From positions 1 through 64,000 of the IMG/VR virus record IMGVR_UViG_3300036832_001149: a stretch of 64,000 bases of DNA; one strand, 5' to 3'. A program made the translations under genes and the position numbers. The notes below the pieces were generated by a model. It ran no database searches. It was given only the letters and a program-made list of their open reading frames with translations, and was not told the origin of the DNA. Within the stretch, counting starts at the first letter, position 1, and the number at the start of each line of letters is the position of its first letter. Below are positions 27,941-37,792 of the stretch, one piece after another. This stretch comes from a virus.

Positions 27941-28758
27941 TCACGCTGACCCAGGCCCTGGCCAACGGCACCGGGACCGAGCGCAAGTTCTCCTGTCCGG
28001 TGCACCACGACACCAATCCATCGGCGTCGGTCAACGTGGTCAAGGGCAAGTGGTTCTGCTACGTCTGTCACGCCCACGGCACCCTGGACGGCGCGGTCTA
28101 CGACGATCTGGACGCCTACGCCATCCTGGACACCATCACCGCGATGCTCGACGAGCCCGAGAGCGAGTACCACTCGGAGGGGTGGCTGGACCAGTTCGAC
28201 GCCGGACGGCCGTGCGAGTACTGGCTGGCCCGCTTCGAGCCGGAGACGGTGGCCCACTTCCGGCTGGGCTATGACGCGGTCAAGGACGCGGCGACCTACC
28301 CGCTGCGCTCCCCGGCCGGGAACCTGATCGGGGTGGTCCGGCGCGACCTGGTCGGAACCTCGACCAAGTACCGCTACCCGTACCGGACCCGGACCACCGA
28401 CCTGTTGTTCAACTACGGCTTCGACCAGGTCGAGCAGGTGCTGCTGACCGAGGGCGCGACCGACGCCATGGCCGCCTGGGAGGCGGGCTACACGCCGGAG
28501 AACGGCAGCCTGGCGGTGGCCTGCTTCTCCAACCGGCTCTCGGCCCATCAGACGTGGCTGCTGAACCGGATCAGCCCGGAACGGATCGTGGTCTGCTTCG
28601 ACGACGACGAGGCCGGACGGGTCGGAGTCGCGCAGGTCCAACAGGCGCTGGCCGGAGAATACCCTGTGTTTCGCGCGGTATTCGGTGGGGCCAAGGACCT
28701 GGCCGAACTGTCCCCCGACCTCCGCAGGAAGAGCGTCCGGCAGGCTATTGCACTCTGA
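27937..28758 (+). CDS. DNA primase (Zn finger plus TOPRIM)
   Basis: CPVHHDTNPS...WFCYVC; LTEGATDAM; CFDDDEAG; KDLAE. Confidence 0.9.
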   Translation: MITLTQALANGTGTERKFSCPVHHDTNPSASVNVVKGKWFCYVCHAHGTLDGAVYDDLDAYAILDTITAMLDEPESEYHSEGWLDQFDAGRPCEYWLARFEPETVAHFRLGYDAVKDAATYPLRSPAGNLIGVVRRDLVGTSTKYRYPYRTRTTDLLFNYGFDQVEQVLLTEGATDAMAAWEAGYTPENGSLAVACFSNRLSAHQTWLLNRISPERIVVCFDDDEAGRVGVAQVQQALAGEYPVFRAVFGGAKDLAELSPDLRRKSVRQAIAL

Positions 28759-28817
28759 CTAAAACAGGGATACGTTTGGTATCCAGAAAGTGAACCATAG
28801 TCAGAGGAGAGACGATC

Positions 28818-29255
28818 ATGACAGCCTTGCGGGTCACCCGTTCCGGGGCCCCTCCCGGGAACTACGCCGCGAAGATAACCGCCCTGGCCCAGGGGTTGAA
28901 GAACGCCAAGGAAGCACTGGAGGCGGCCCAGGAGGCCGTGACGGTGCTCCAGAACGAGATGCTGACGGCGATGTCGGCCCAGGGGTTGGCGTCCACGACC
29001 GTCGCGCTGGGCGATGCCCGCTACAAGGTCACCATGGTGGCCGGGGAGCGGCTGGAGATCGACGAGGGCGGCCTGCGCAAGGACCTGTCCGCGCCGGTGT
29101 TCGACAAGCTGTGCAACCTGAAGATCGACCGCACCAAGCTGGAACTGGCCATCGCCGAAGGCCGGGTCGACCCCGTCGTGGTGGCCTCCCACACCACCCA
29201 TCGGCACAACCGGCCGTTCGTGAAGCTGACCGTGGTGGCCGGGAGCGAGCAGTGA
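28818..29255 (+). CDS. Hypothetical protein (coiled-coil N-terminus)
   Basis: GAGGAGAG RBS; IDE..L...KIDRTKLELAI. Confidence 0.6.
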   Translation: MTALRVTRSGAPPGNYAAKITALAQGLKNAKEALEAAQEAVTVLQNEMLTAMSAQGLASTTVALGDARYKVTMVAGERLEIDEGGLRKDLSAPVFDKLCNLKIDRTKLELAIAEGRVDPVVVASHTTHRHNRPFVKLTVVAGSEQ

Positions 29256-29683
29256 TGGTCACCAAGGCGAAGCCGAAGCTGGCCCAGTTGGCCCGGGGGA
29301 AAACTGTCACACCGGTGGTGCAGGATGCCGTTGTCGAGGAAGGCGATGGGCGGGGCAACCCGGTCCACCGTTTCGTGGCCCAGTTGCGGGAGAAGGACGG
29401 CATCAACTACCTGACCACCGCCGAGGTGGCCAAGACGCTCGGTGTCTCGACCAACTGGGTCCGCAAGATCCAGCGACAGAAGATGTTCGGGGTGCCGAGC
29501 CTGGCCACCCAGTTGGGCCAGATCACCGTCTACCTCTACACGCCCGAGGACGTGGACAAGGTTCGCCGGTACCTGGCCGATCGACAGACCGTTTTTACCA
29601 ACCCGGCCCAGGGACGGGCCGATTCATGGGAGGACGTGGTGAGTCGCCGTGAGCGAACCCCGCAAGATGAAGATCGTCCGTAG
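29255..29683 (+). CDS. MerR/excisionase-like HTH DNA-binding protein
   Basis: YLTTAEVAKTLGVSTNWVR...YLYTPEDV. Confidence 0.75.
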   Translation: MVTKAKPKLAQLARGKTVTPVVQDAVVEEGDGRGNPVHRFVAQLREKDGINYLTTAEVAKTLGVSTNWVRKIQRQKMFGVPSLATQLGQITVYLYTPEDVDKVRRYLADRQTVFTNPAQGRADSWEDVVSRRERTPQDEDRP

Positions 29684-29972
29684 TTCCGTCAGTGCGCCGA
29701 GGACGATCGAGGCCGAACCGGCCAAGGAAGTCGTCCGGCCGCTGGACGAGCAGGACTCGATCCAGCCGCTGCACTCGGGTGACCGGATCGAGTACGGGGT
29801 CACCCACGAACTGAGCGTGGACGGCGACAAGGCCTGGGTGCGCTACGGCGTCACCAGCACGCTGTCCGAGGGTGAGTCGGTCGAGGCGGCCAACCGCCGG
29901 GTGACCGAGTTCGTCAATGCAGTTGTCATGCAGTCCGCCACCGAGGTGGCTCAACAGATCATGCGAGGTTGA
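29649..29972 (+). CDS. Hypothetical protein
   Basis: ORF in replication operon. Confidence 0.6.
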   Translation: MSEPRKMKIVRSSVSAPRTIEAEPAKEVVRPLDEQDSIQPLHSGDRIEYGVTHELSVDGDKAWVRYGVTSTLSEGESVEAANRRVTEFVNAVVMQSATEVAQQIMRG

Positions 29973-30874
29973 TTAAATTGAAGTTCGGCAGACGTGTCGG
30001 CGAGGCTGGCATCACCAATCAGAGCGCCGCGACGGGGGATTGGCCCAAGAGCCTGCGCAAGGGCGAGACCCGGGTCCGGTTCCTGTCCGAGATCAGCGAC
30101 TGGAACGAGTACTGGGAGCACTTCGACGATACGGTGAAGTTCTTCCCCTGCACCGGGGACAAGAGCACCTGCCCCGGCTGCACCAGCCCGGTCGAGCGCA
30201 CGGCCAAGGCGTCCAAGCGCTACCTGGCCCCGGTCCTGGACCCCAAGACCGGCAAGGTCTGGGGATTGAAGATGGGGATCGACCTGGCTAACCGGATGAG
30301 CCTGCGCAGTGACCGCAACAACGGCACGGTGGTCAACCGGGACTACACCCTGATCCGCACCGGCGACGGCCTGGACACCGAGTACGACGTGGAGCAGGAG
30401 GAGATCGTCGCCATCAACCTGGACGTCTACCGCGAGTCCATCGACATGGACGAACTGTTGATGACCCAGTTCCTGGCCGCCTGGCCGGACGCCCCGGAGA
30501 TGAACGGTAACCGGCCGAGCGCACCCCCGGTCAAGGCGACGGCCAAGGCCGCTCCCCGGGCCCCCCGGCAGCGCAAGCCCGAGCCGGAGGACGAGCCGAC
30601 CGAGTCCCAGAAGATCACCGAGAACCTGCGGGCCAAGGCCAAGGCCAAGGCGGAGGCCGAACTGGCCAGTGATGAGCCCCCTTTTGAGCAGAAGGCCGGG
30701 GACGAGACCGACGCCTCCAGCGACGAGCAGACGGTGGAGATCACCGAGGAGGACCTGCGCAAGATGCCCCGGCAGGACCTGATCAAGCTGGCCCGGCAGG
30801 CCGACATCTCGATCACCCTGACGATGAGCCGGGAGGAGATCGTCAACCTCTTCCTGGACCAGTTCGCGGTCTGA
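29969..30874 (+). CDS. Single-stranded DNA-binding protein (gp32-like) with C-terminal Rho-N/HEH-like helix bundle
   Basis: RVRFL...YWEH...PC...CPGC...RTGDGLDTEY; tail EEDLRKMPRQDLIKLA...SREEIV. Confidence 0.7.
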   Translation: MIKLKFGRRVGEAGITNQSAATGDWPKSLRKGETRVRFLSEISDWNEYWEHFDDTVKFFPCTGDKSTCPGCTSPVERTAKASKRYLAPVLDPKTGKVWGLKMGIDLANRMSLRSDRNNGTVVNRDYTLIRTGDGLDTEYDVEQEEIVAINLDVYRESIDMDELLMTQFLAAWPDAPEMNGNRPSAPPVKATAKAAPRAPRQRKPEPEDEPTESQKITENLRAKAKAKAEAELASDEPPFEQKAGDETDASSDEQTVEITEEDLRKMPRQDLIKLARQADISITLTMSREEIVNLFLDQFAV

Positions 30875-30901
30875 CAGCGGGCCCGCGAGGAGTGGACTTC
30901 G

Positions 30902-31315
30902 ATGAAGTTCCGCAGGTGTGTGGTGTGCGGCCTGCTGGTGGCGGGCGGACAGGTCATGCACCGCTCCTGCGGGACCGTGGCATTCGAGCCATCGTCCATG
31001 AATGGACGCAATGACAACGAGGCTCAGCGCGATGGAGGGATAGCAGCGCTGCCTCGTTCGGGTACCAAACGCCGATTGATTTACGACGAGATCATCGCGG
31101 CTGAGCGTGAAGGTCGCATCAATGACGAACTGTGCGACGCAATCGATATCCCATACAACAGTGTCGGACCTCGGGTACGTGAACTGCGCGGCGCGAAGAT
31201 TCTGGGGTCGGACCCGCCTCGGTATCACCCGATCCTGGTGAAGGACTCCGGTCGCAGACGTCCGGGGAAGTCTGGTGTCGGACAGATGATCTGGATAGGG
31301 GTGCAATACCAATGA
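30902..31315 (+). CDS. Probable wHTH protein (start uncertain)
   Basis: DELCDAIDIPYNSVGPRVRELR...DSGRRR. Confidence 0.55.
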   Translation: MKFRRCVVCGLLVAGGQVMHRSCGTVAFEPSSMNGRNDNEAQRDGGIAALPRSGTKRRLIYDEIIAAEREGRINDELCDAIDIPYNSVGPRVRELRGAKILGSDPPRYHPILVKDSGRRRPGKSGVGQMIWIGVQYQ

Positions 31316-31605
31316 GGATGCTGGTCGACAGGGAGGATTGTCTGCTCTGTCCGAGGTGCGGTTTCGAGTACACGCACGTCGATCTGGTCACGGTGGCGGC
31401 CAGGCAGACCGAAGACGAGCAAGAGATCTTCTTTCAGATGGATAGCCGGGGAGGCGTCTCCGAGTACGTCGAAGCGCCGGTCGGGCGGCGTGTCGGCGAC
31501 GGTCGCAGGCACCGGTTCGTGTTGCACGGGACCTGCGAGAACGGGTGCCGGTTCGCGCTCGTCTTCACCCAGCACAAGGGCATCACACTCGTGGAGGCGG
31601 TCTGA
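31312..31605 (+). CDS. Hypothetical protein
   Basis: LLCPRCG..YTH...CENG...QHKG. Confidence 0.6.
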   Translation: MRMLVDREDCLLCPRCGFEYTHVDLVTVAARQTEDEQEIFFQMDSRGGVSEYVEAPVGRRVGDGRRHRFVLHGTCENGCRFALVFTQHKGITLVEAV

Positions 31606-31833
31606 ATGACCGAGGATCAGGACCCCGTTCAGGTAGCCCGGTTGCTGGCCTCGCTCAATGAACACCGGCATGTCATCCAGTTCCGGGACGACGGGTGGAC
31701 CATCGCCCACCCGTTGCCCGAACGCCTGGACGGCTCGCTGTTCGACTGCCCGATGATCTGGCGGGACGACGACCCCGGCGTGCGTGGCCGCTTCTGGCTC
31801 GGTGAGGACGGCACGCTCGGGGGGCCTCTATGA
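31606..31833 (+). CDS. Hypothetical protein
   Basis: GWTIAHPLPER; coupled. Confidence 0.5.
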   Translation: MTEDQDPVQVARLLASLNEHRHVIQFRDDGWTIAHPLPERLDGSLFDCPMIWRDDDPGVRGRFWLGEDGTLGGPL

Positions 31834-32075
31834 GGCTTCGCCGCAGACTGAACGACGCCGAGGTGCACATGTTCATGAACGCGCTCACCCCGGGCGTGGT
31901 GGTGGAGTACCTCGGCCGGGACCGGGTTCGTCTCACCATGCCCGACGACTACTGGTACCCGTTGCGGGTGCGGCTCAAATACGGCAAGGAGCCGCACACC
32001 ATCACGCTGAGCCGGACGCGCCACGGCGTGAAGAAGAACGTCTGGCGACTCATCGACGAAGGATTCATGCAATGA
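31830..32075 (+). CDS. Hypothetical protein
   Basis: ATGA overlaps on both sides. Confidence 0.55.
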   Translation: MRLRRRLNDAEVHMFMNALTPGVVVEYLGRDRVRLTMPDDYWYPLRVRLKYGKEPHTITLSRTRHGVKKNVWRLIDEGFMQ

Positions 32076-34720
32076 GGTTCAGCCGACACTCCGACGAGGT
32101 CTTCGGACATCTGCACGTCCACTCGACCTACTCCAGTGGCGACGCCATCTCCTCGGTCGCCACCCTGGTCGCCCAGGCCACGGCCAACGGCCAGCCGATG
32201 CTGGGGCTGACCGACCACGGCAACATGTCCGGGGCGGTCAGCCTCTACACCGAGGCCATGAAGGCGGGCATCAGGCCGTTCATCGGCGAGGAGTTCTACA
32301 TCGTGCGCGACCGGGCCGACAAGAAGGCCAAGCGCCACCATCTCGGGGTGTTGGCCACCACGTCGGAGGGCTACCGCAACATCGTCGCGCTGTCCTCGCG
32401 CAGCCACGCGCAGTTCTACCACAAGCCCCTGCTCGACCTGAACGATCTCGCTGAGATCGCCGATGACGGTCGGTTGCGGGGGCTTGTCGCGTTGTCCGGG
32501 TGCTACTCCGGGCTGCCGACCCAGGATCTGCTCAACTACGGCGCGGACCAGGCCCGGACGATGCTGGGCTGCTACAGCCGGTGGTTCGACCAGGTCTACG
32601 TGGAACTGATGAACCACGGCATCATCTGGGACGACCTGTCCACCGACGCCGACATCAACGACGCCCTGTTCGACCTGGCCCAGCAGATGGGGCTGCCGGT
32701 GCTGGTGACCGGGGACGTGCACTACTGCCATCCCGAGCAGAAGCACCTGCACGACTCGTTCAAGCGGCTGGTCTCCTACGGCTCGGGTGATGACGACGGG
32801 GTGTTCCGGGGCGCGGGCTACTACCTGGCCGACACCCCGACGATGAAGAAGGCCCATCCCGCCGCACACTGGATTCAGGGATTGGCCGGGGCGAAGGACA
32901 TACAACAGCGGTGGGACCTGTCGATTCCGCAACTGGACCACTACTCCTACCGGGTTCCCATCATCTCGGCCGACCCGGTGGCCGAACTCCGCAAGAGGGT
33001 TGGGGGCCACGCCGGGGAGCAGCACCTACAACTGCTGGACGAGGAACTCGGCGTCATCGAGAAGACCGGCATGTCCGGCTACATGCTGCTGGTGGCCGAG
33101 GTGACCGACTACCTGCGCGAGCAGGGCATCATCTACCAGGTCCGGGGCTCGGCCTCGGGCAGCCTGGTCTGCTACCGGCTGGGGATCACCGCCGTGGACC
33201 CGGTCGCCCGCAAGCTGCGCTACGAGCGGTTCATCAGCACCGACCGGACCAAGCCACCGGACATCGACATCGACGTGGACTTCCTGCGCCGGGGTGAGGT
33301 GCTGGACTGGCTGCGGGAGCACTTCTCGGTGCACCAGATCGGCACCTACCTCGACCTCGGGCTCACCGACGGCGAGGACGGCAAGGGCAGCCTGGTGGTG
33401 AAGTACATGGCCAAGTCCCGGGCCAAAGGCCTGTTGATCTCCTGGGACCAGGTCCCGGAGGAGGACAAGATCACGCTGGCGGCGTTGGCCAACATCAAGG
33501 TCAACTCCGGCTACGGGGTGCACGCGGCCGGGCTGGTGCTGACCACGTCGGAGGCCGAGTTCGCCACCCTGGTGCCGACCATGTTCGTGGCCTCGTCCAA
33601 GACCACGGTCAGCCAGTACACGATGGGCGACGTCGAGCGGCTCGGGCTGGTCAAGCTGGACCTGCTCGGGCTGCGGGCGCTGTCGACCATCCGGGGCTGC
33701 CTGGAGAACATCGACCGTGATCCCCGGGCCGGGCTGGACTGGATACCGGAGAACGACGCCGAGACGCTGAACACGGTCCGCCGGGGCGACACCGTCGGGG
33801 TGTTCCAGTTCGACGGCTACACCAACCGGCGCGGGGCCAGGGACATGCGGGTCACCAACCTGGACGACATCATCGCGGTGATGGCGCTGTACCGCCCGGC
33901 GGTGATGGGCAGCGGCGGCACGGCCGAGTACCTGGCCCGCCGCTTCGGCAAGCACAAGGTGCCCACCCTGCACCCGGTGCTGGCCGCCTCGCTGCACGAC
34001 ACGCACGGGTTGGTCGTCTTCCAGGAGCAGGTCATCGACATCCTGCGGGCGCTCGGGATGAACCCGGACGACCTGACCGCGCTGCTGAAGGCGGTGAAGG
34101 CGTCCAACAACAACGTGGTCGCCGCCGCCGAGGTGATCGCCTCCTACGGCAGCCAGGTGTTCACGATGGCCGACAAGGCCGGGGTGCCCGAGGCCGAGGC
34201 CAACCTGCTGTGGCGCGCCATCGAGGGCTATGCCGACTATGGGTTCAACCGGGCCCACGCCACCGTCTACGGGCTGACGGCCTACCGCACGGCCTACCTG
34301 AAGACCCACCACACGGTGGCCTACTTCGCCGCCCTGCTGTCCAGCTTCGAGGGGACCAAGGAGAAGGAGCCGTTCTACCGCAGCGACGCCCGCAACCACG
34401 GGGTGCGCATCCGCCCGGCGGTGATCAACGTCAGCAACGTCTCCTACACCTACGACCGGTCCACCGGGACGGTGCGGCGTGGGCTGTGCTCGATCAAGGG
34501 GATCGGGGTCAAGGCGGCCGAACACCTGGCCGCCCACGGTCCCTACACCTCGCTGGCCGACCTCATCGCCAAGTGCGGCACCAAGCCGGTGACCGGGGGC
34601 AAGGACTACCTGCGGACCGGGTTGCTGACCGATCTGTGCGGAACCCTGGAGGTCCTGTACCTGTCCGGGGCGCTGGACGACCTGGACCTGATGCTGCCCG
34701 AACCGGTGGTGAAGGCATGA
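32072..34720 (+). CDS. dnaE: DNA polymerase III alpha subunit-like (C family) with PHP domain
   Basis: HLHVHSTYS, LTDHG, TGDVHY, RGSASGSLV, PPDIDID, HAAG, KLDLLGL, GVFQF, YGFNRAHA. Confidence 0.95.
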   Translation: MRFSRHSDEVFGHLHVHSTYSSGDAISSVATLVAQATANGQPMLGLTDHGNMSGAVSLYTEAMKAGIRPFIGEEFYIVRDRADKKAKRHHLGVLATTSEGYRNIVALSSRSHAQFYHKPLLDLNDLAEIADDGRLRGLVALSGCYSGLPTQDLLNYGADQARTMLGCYSRWFDQVYVELMNHGIIWDDLSTDADINDALFDLAQQMGLPVLVTGDVHYCHPEQKHLHDSFKRLVSYGSGDDDGVFRGAGYYLADTPTMKKAHPAAHWIQGLAGAKDIQQRWDLSIPQLDHYSYRVPIISADPVAELRKRVGGHAGEQHLQLLDEELGVIEKTGMSGYMLLVAEVTDYLREQGIIYQVRGSASGSLVCYRLGITAVDPVARKLRYERFISTDRTKPPDIDIDVDFLRRGEVLDWLREHFSVHQIGTYLDLGLTDGEDGKGSLVVKYMAKSRAKGLLISWDQVPEEDKITLAALANIKVNSGYGVHAAGLVLTTSEAEFATLVPTMFVASSKTTVSQYTMGDVERLGLVKLDLLGLRALSTIRGCLENIDRDPRAGLDWIPENDAETLNTVRRGDTVGVFQFDGYTNRRGARDMRVTNLDDIIAVMALYRPAVMGSGGTAEYLARRFGKHKVPTLHPVLAASLHDTHGLVVFQEQVIDILRALGMNPDDLTALLKAVKASNNNVVAAAEVIASYGSQVFTMADKAGVPEAEANLLWRAIEGYADYGFNRAHATVYGLTAYRTAYLKTHHTVAYFAALLSSFEGTKEKEPFYRSDARNHGVRIRPAVINVSNVSYTYDRSTGTVRRGLCSIKGIGVKAAEHLAAHGPYTSLADLIAKCGTKPVTGGKDYLRTGLLTDLCGTLEVLYLSGALDDLDLMLPEPVVKA

Positions 34721-35214
34721 GCAGCCATGCCTACCGGGTGGCCCGGGAACGGTCCGACGGGCGGTGCGAGGTGATGGTCAGCACCGGGTTGATCTGGGAC
34801 CGCTGCCCGCACGACGCCACCGACGTGCACCATGCGCTGCCCCGCTCGCGCGGCGGCCTGCTGCTGGACCTGGCCAAGGAGAGCTACCACCTGATCTGCG
34901 TCTGTCGGGGCCATCACAGCCTCGCCCACGGCAACCCGACGAAGGCCATCTACAGCGGGTTGACCATCGAGGGATTCGTGGTCACGGACAAGAACACGCT
35001 TCGGCCGGTCTACACCGGGCCCGATCACTTCCTGAGCCAGAGGTACGGACCGAACAGAGGGACGAACCATGTCATTGAAGAAGCTGTTGGCGGTGGATCT
35101 GCCCATCACACCGCGCCACGACCGCTGGCTGGGCCTGCACGCCGACGACCCGCTGCCGAAGTGGGTCGCGGACTGGGTCGCCGGGCAACTGATCACGCCC
35201 CAGAGAAACCGTGA
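34717..35214 (+). CDS. HNH endonuclease
   Basis: RSDGRCE...C...DVHHALPRSRGG...LICVCRGHH. Confidence 0.75.
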   Translation: MSSHAYRVARERSDGRCEVMVSTGLIWDRCPHDATDVHHALPRSRGGLLLDLAKESYHLICVCRGHHSLAHGNPTKAIYSGLTIEGFVVTDKNTLRPVYTGPDHFLSQRYGPNRGTNHVIEEAVGGGSAHHTAPRPLAGPARRRPAAEVGRGLGRRATDHAPEKP

Positions 35215-35851
35215 CGCCACCTTCTCGGCCTCCTCGACCGGGCGGTGCGAGCGCCAGCAGGTGCTGCGCTTCCTGGCCCATCCGGTGTCCGAGAGCTACG
35301 ACCCGCAGTTGAACCACCGGTTCCAGGTCGGGGACTGGGGCCATCTGCGGTGGCAGGCCCAGGGGCTGTCGGCCGGGTGGCTGGCCCGGGCCGAGGTGCC
35401 GGTGCGGCTGGACGAGTTCGACATGTCCGGGACGATGGACGGCCTGCTCGACACCGGGGAGGGCTTCGAGTTCAAGACGATCAACCATCCCGGGTTCAAC
35501 ACGGTGATGAAGGACAAGGCCCCGAAGTACGACCACGTCCTGCAGGTCACCGCCTACATGATGGCGACCGGGATCAAGCGGTTCTCGATCGTCTACGAGT
35601 CGACATTCTCCGGGGAGTGGAAGGAGTTCGTCGTCGAGCACAGCCCGGAACTGGAGTCCCTGGTCATCGAGGCGCTGGAGCGGATGGCCCGGTCCCGGGC
35701 GGACCGGGTGCTGCCCCCGGTGCGCAGCGAGTGCGAGGACAAGGTGGGCACCGTCTACGCCCAGTGCCCGTACCGCAAGGACTGCCTGACCTGGCACCGG
35801 GGAGGTGTGACATGGCCGAGTCGGACGCTGCGCATCCCGATCGAAGTCTGA
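35069..35851 (+). CDS. Cas4-like PD-(D/E)xK exonuclease
   Basis: SASS.G.CERQ, GTMDG, FEFKT, QVTAYM, C-terminal C...CPYRKDC. Confidence 0.85.
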   Translation: MSLKKLLAVDLPITPRHDRWLGLHADDPLPKWVADWVAGQLITPQRNRDATFSASSTGRCERQQVLRFLAHPVSESYDPQLNHRFQVGDWGHLRWQAQGLSAGWLARAEVPVRLDEFDMSGTMDGLLDTGEGFEFKTINHPGFNTVMKDKAPKYDHVLQVTAYMMATGIKRFSIVYESTFSGEWKEFVVEHSPELESLVIEALERMARSRADRVLPPVRSECEDKVGTVYAQCPYRKDCLTWHRGGVTWPSRTLRIPIEV

Positions 35852-36255
35852 CCATCCCGGTCCGGCACCGCCGGATGGCGATGACCCGACGGCTGCGGGA
35901 CGTGCCGCTGGCCATCGGGCTGCCGACCCTGGAGGAGTTGGAGGATGAGTTCTTCGGCTACGTGGACGTCCTGCTCGGCCGCCAGGAACCACCCATCGAC
36001 AACGGCATCATGACGCTGATGGAGGTGTCCGATGCCTATCTGGCCCGGGGCTACGAGGTGGAGATGATGATCCTGGCCGCCGAGCGCAGCAAGGACATCA
36101 TGCGTTCCAGCCCGTACTCCAAGTTCCGCACCGGCGAACTGCGCAGCTTCATCGAACTGGCCCGCAAGGCGACCGACCTGGGCTCGCGCCGGTTGACGAT
36201 GGCCCGGCTGGAGCACGACATGAAGGGCGACATGGGCATGGTGGAGCGCTCGTGA
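35812..36255 (+). CDS. Hypothetical protein
   Basis: GGAGG RBS; helical protein LMEVSDAYLARGYE...FRTGELRSFIEL. Confidence 0.65.
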   Translation: MAESDAAHPDRSLTIPVRHRRMAMTRRLRDVPLAIGLPTLEELEDEFFGYVDVLLGRQEPPIDNGIMTLMEVSDAYLARGYEVEMMILAAERSKDIMRSSPYSKFRTGELRSFIELARKATDLGSRRLTMARLEHDMKGDMGMVERS

Positions 36256-36773
36256 TCTGCATCGGCATCGACCCGGCCAAGTGGGGTTTCGACGCGATCT
36301 CACTGGCCGACGAGCACATCGTGGACAAGCGCACGTTCCTGTCGGACATGAATACCACCTACAAACTACCGGCAACCTCGTTGCAGTTGGTCAAGTCCTC
36401 GATCCGAATGATGATGGATAAAGCGATGCGGCAGAATCACGCCGTGGCCGTGTTCTGCGAGGAGCCGGTGGCGGCCGGGGCGCGCAACCTGCGTACCTAC
36501 GGCCAGTTGGCGATGACGGTGGGGGCGATCATCAGTGCGGTAGCCGAATACACTCCGCGTTGCTATTTAGTTCCGGTAGCCAAGTGGAAAATGAATACGG
36601 TGGGTAAGGGGAACGCATCGAAGACAGAGGTTGGACTCTGGCTCAATCAGACACACCCGAGATACGCTGCGGCCTGTGGTGGCCGCCAAGACCTCATTGA
36701 TGCCTGTTGCATATCGCTCTACGGGATCGGTGTACTCGCCGACGCAGAGAGCTTCACCCCGCAGCCGGAGTGA
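36252..36773 (+). CDS. RuvC-like Holliday junction resolvase
   Basis: IGIDP, VFCEEP, WK...GKGNASK.EV, DLIDA. Confidence 0.85.
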   Translation: MICIGIDPAKWGFDAISLADEHIVDKRTFLSDMNTTYKLPATSLQLVKSSIRMMMDKAMRQNHAVAVFCEEPVAAGARNLRTYGQLAMTVGAIISAVAEYTPRCYLVPVAKWKMNTVGKGNASKTEVGLWLNQTHPRYAAACGGRQDLIDACCISLYGIGVLADAESFTPQPE

Positions 36774-37242
36774 TGCGGTCGGCTTGTTCACCGGTCAGTG
36801 GAACTATCCGAACTGGTATGACCAGGGAAGCTGTCTGGACCTTCCATTGGCGATGTTCTTCGGCGAGGAGAACGAGACCGACACCCAGTTGATCGGACCC
36901 AGCGTCCTGCATCGGGCCCAACGGATATGCGCAGGCTGTCCGGTACAGGCGCAGTGCCTGACGTACTCACTGGACAAACACATCCTGCACGGGATCTGGG
37001 CCGGGACATCCGGCCGGACCCGGGCCCGGATCTGGGCGATGGAACGACGGGGCGAGGTCACCCGGACCGAGGTCCTCGACGACTTCGCCAGCGGCAACGG
37101 AGAGCGCTACGAGAAGCTCCCGCGCCGTCGGTCAACTGGAGACGTCACGTTCGATCAGCCGGTAGATGCTGGTCTTGGACAGGTCGGCCAGAGCTTCCGG
37201 GGCCACCTTGAACCCCGTGTAGGGCAGCCACTCCACCCGTAG
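36631..37242 (+). CDS. WhiB-family transcription factor (true start probably near 36780)
   Basis: W..QGSC...FF...AQRICAGCPVQAQCL...GIWAGTS...R. Confidence 0.9.
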   Translation: MDSGSIRHTRDTLRPVVAAKTSLMPVAYRSTGSVYSPTQRASPRSRSDAVGLFTGQWNYPNWYDQGSCLDLPLAMFFGEENETDTQLIGPSVLHRAQRICAGCPVQAQCLTYSLDKHILHGIWAGTSGRTRARIWAMERRGEVTRTEVLDDFASGNGERYEKLPRRRSTGDVTFDQPVDAGLGQVGQSFRGHLEPRVGQPLHP

Positions 37243-37413
37243 CGGGCGCAGCGACATCACCTGATACCACGCCTTGTCCCCCTTGCCCGGCCCGACCTGG
37301 ATCGGGAAGACGGCCCCGACGATCTCGCCGTACGCCAGCATCCGGGTCCGCGCCCGCGCCTCATCCAGGGTGAGAACGGTGTTGTCCGACGCCTGGGCCG
37401 TGATCACTGTCAT
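37132..37413 (-). CDS. Hypothetical protein, possibly leaderless
   Basis: ORF with AT-rich hexamer 5-6 nt before ATG. Confidence 0.45.
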   Translation of the reverse strand: MTVITAQASDNTVLTLDEARARTRMLAYGEIVGAVFPIQVGPGKGDKAWYQVMSLRPLRVEWLPYTGFKVAPEALADLSKTSIYRLIERDVSS

Positions 37414-37484
37414 GCCCCAATATTGACAGAAAACGATTAATCCCTCTACGAGAGATTCAGCCAGGAAGGGGGTACACAGAGAAC

Positions 37485-37640
37485 ATGCTCATCCTCGGTG
37501 TGATCCTGCTGGTCCTCGGCTTCGTGCTCGGTATCTCGATCCTGTGGATCATCGGGATACTGCTGGTCATCGTCGGTGCGGTGCTCTGGCTGCTGGGCGG
37601 CACCGGCCGCCCGGTCGGCGGTCGCCGCTATTGGTATTGA
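37485..37640 (+). CDS. DUF6131-family small membrane protein (51 aa, not in ORF track)
   Basis: MLILGVILLVLGFVLGISILWIIGILLVIVGAVLWLLGGTGRPVGGRRYWY. Confidence 0.8.
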   Translation: MLILGVILLVLGFVLGISILWIIGILLVIVGAVLWLLGGTGRPVGGRRYWY

Positions 37641-37661
37641 CGCTGCGCCGCCTGCAGCACA

Positions 37662-37704
37662 AAGGACCCACTCCGGATCAAATGGAGTGGGTCCTCTGCT
37701 TTTC
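37662..37704 (+). terminator. Probable terminator
   Basis: AGGACCCACTCC/GGAGTGGGTCCT stem. Confidence 0.65.
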
Positions 37705-37792
37705 AGGACTCAGGATGGCACGGGGGGGCAACAACCCTGAGCACATTCCAGGGTACGTCCGTTTGGGACCGGGAGGCTTTATCCTCACCCGT

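Noticed and set aside
35069-35851. CRISPR-Cas system suggested by the Cas4-like gene
   Set aside because: No repeat-spacer array or other cas genes; solo Cas4-like nucleases are common in phage replication modules.
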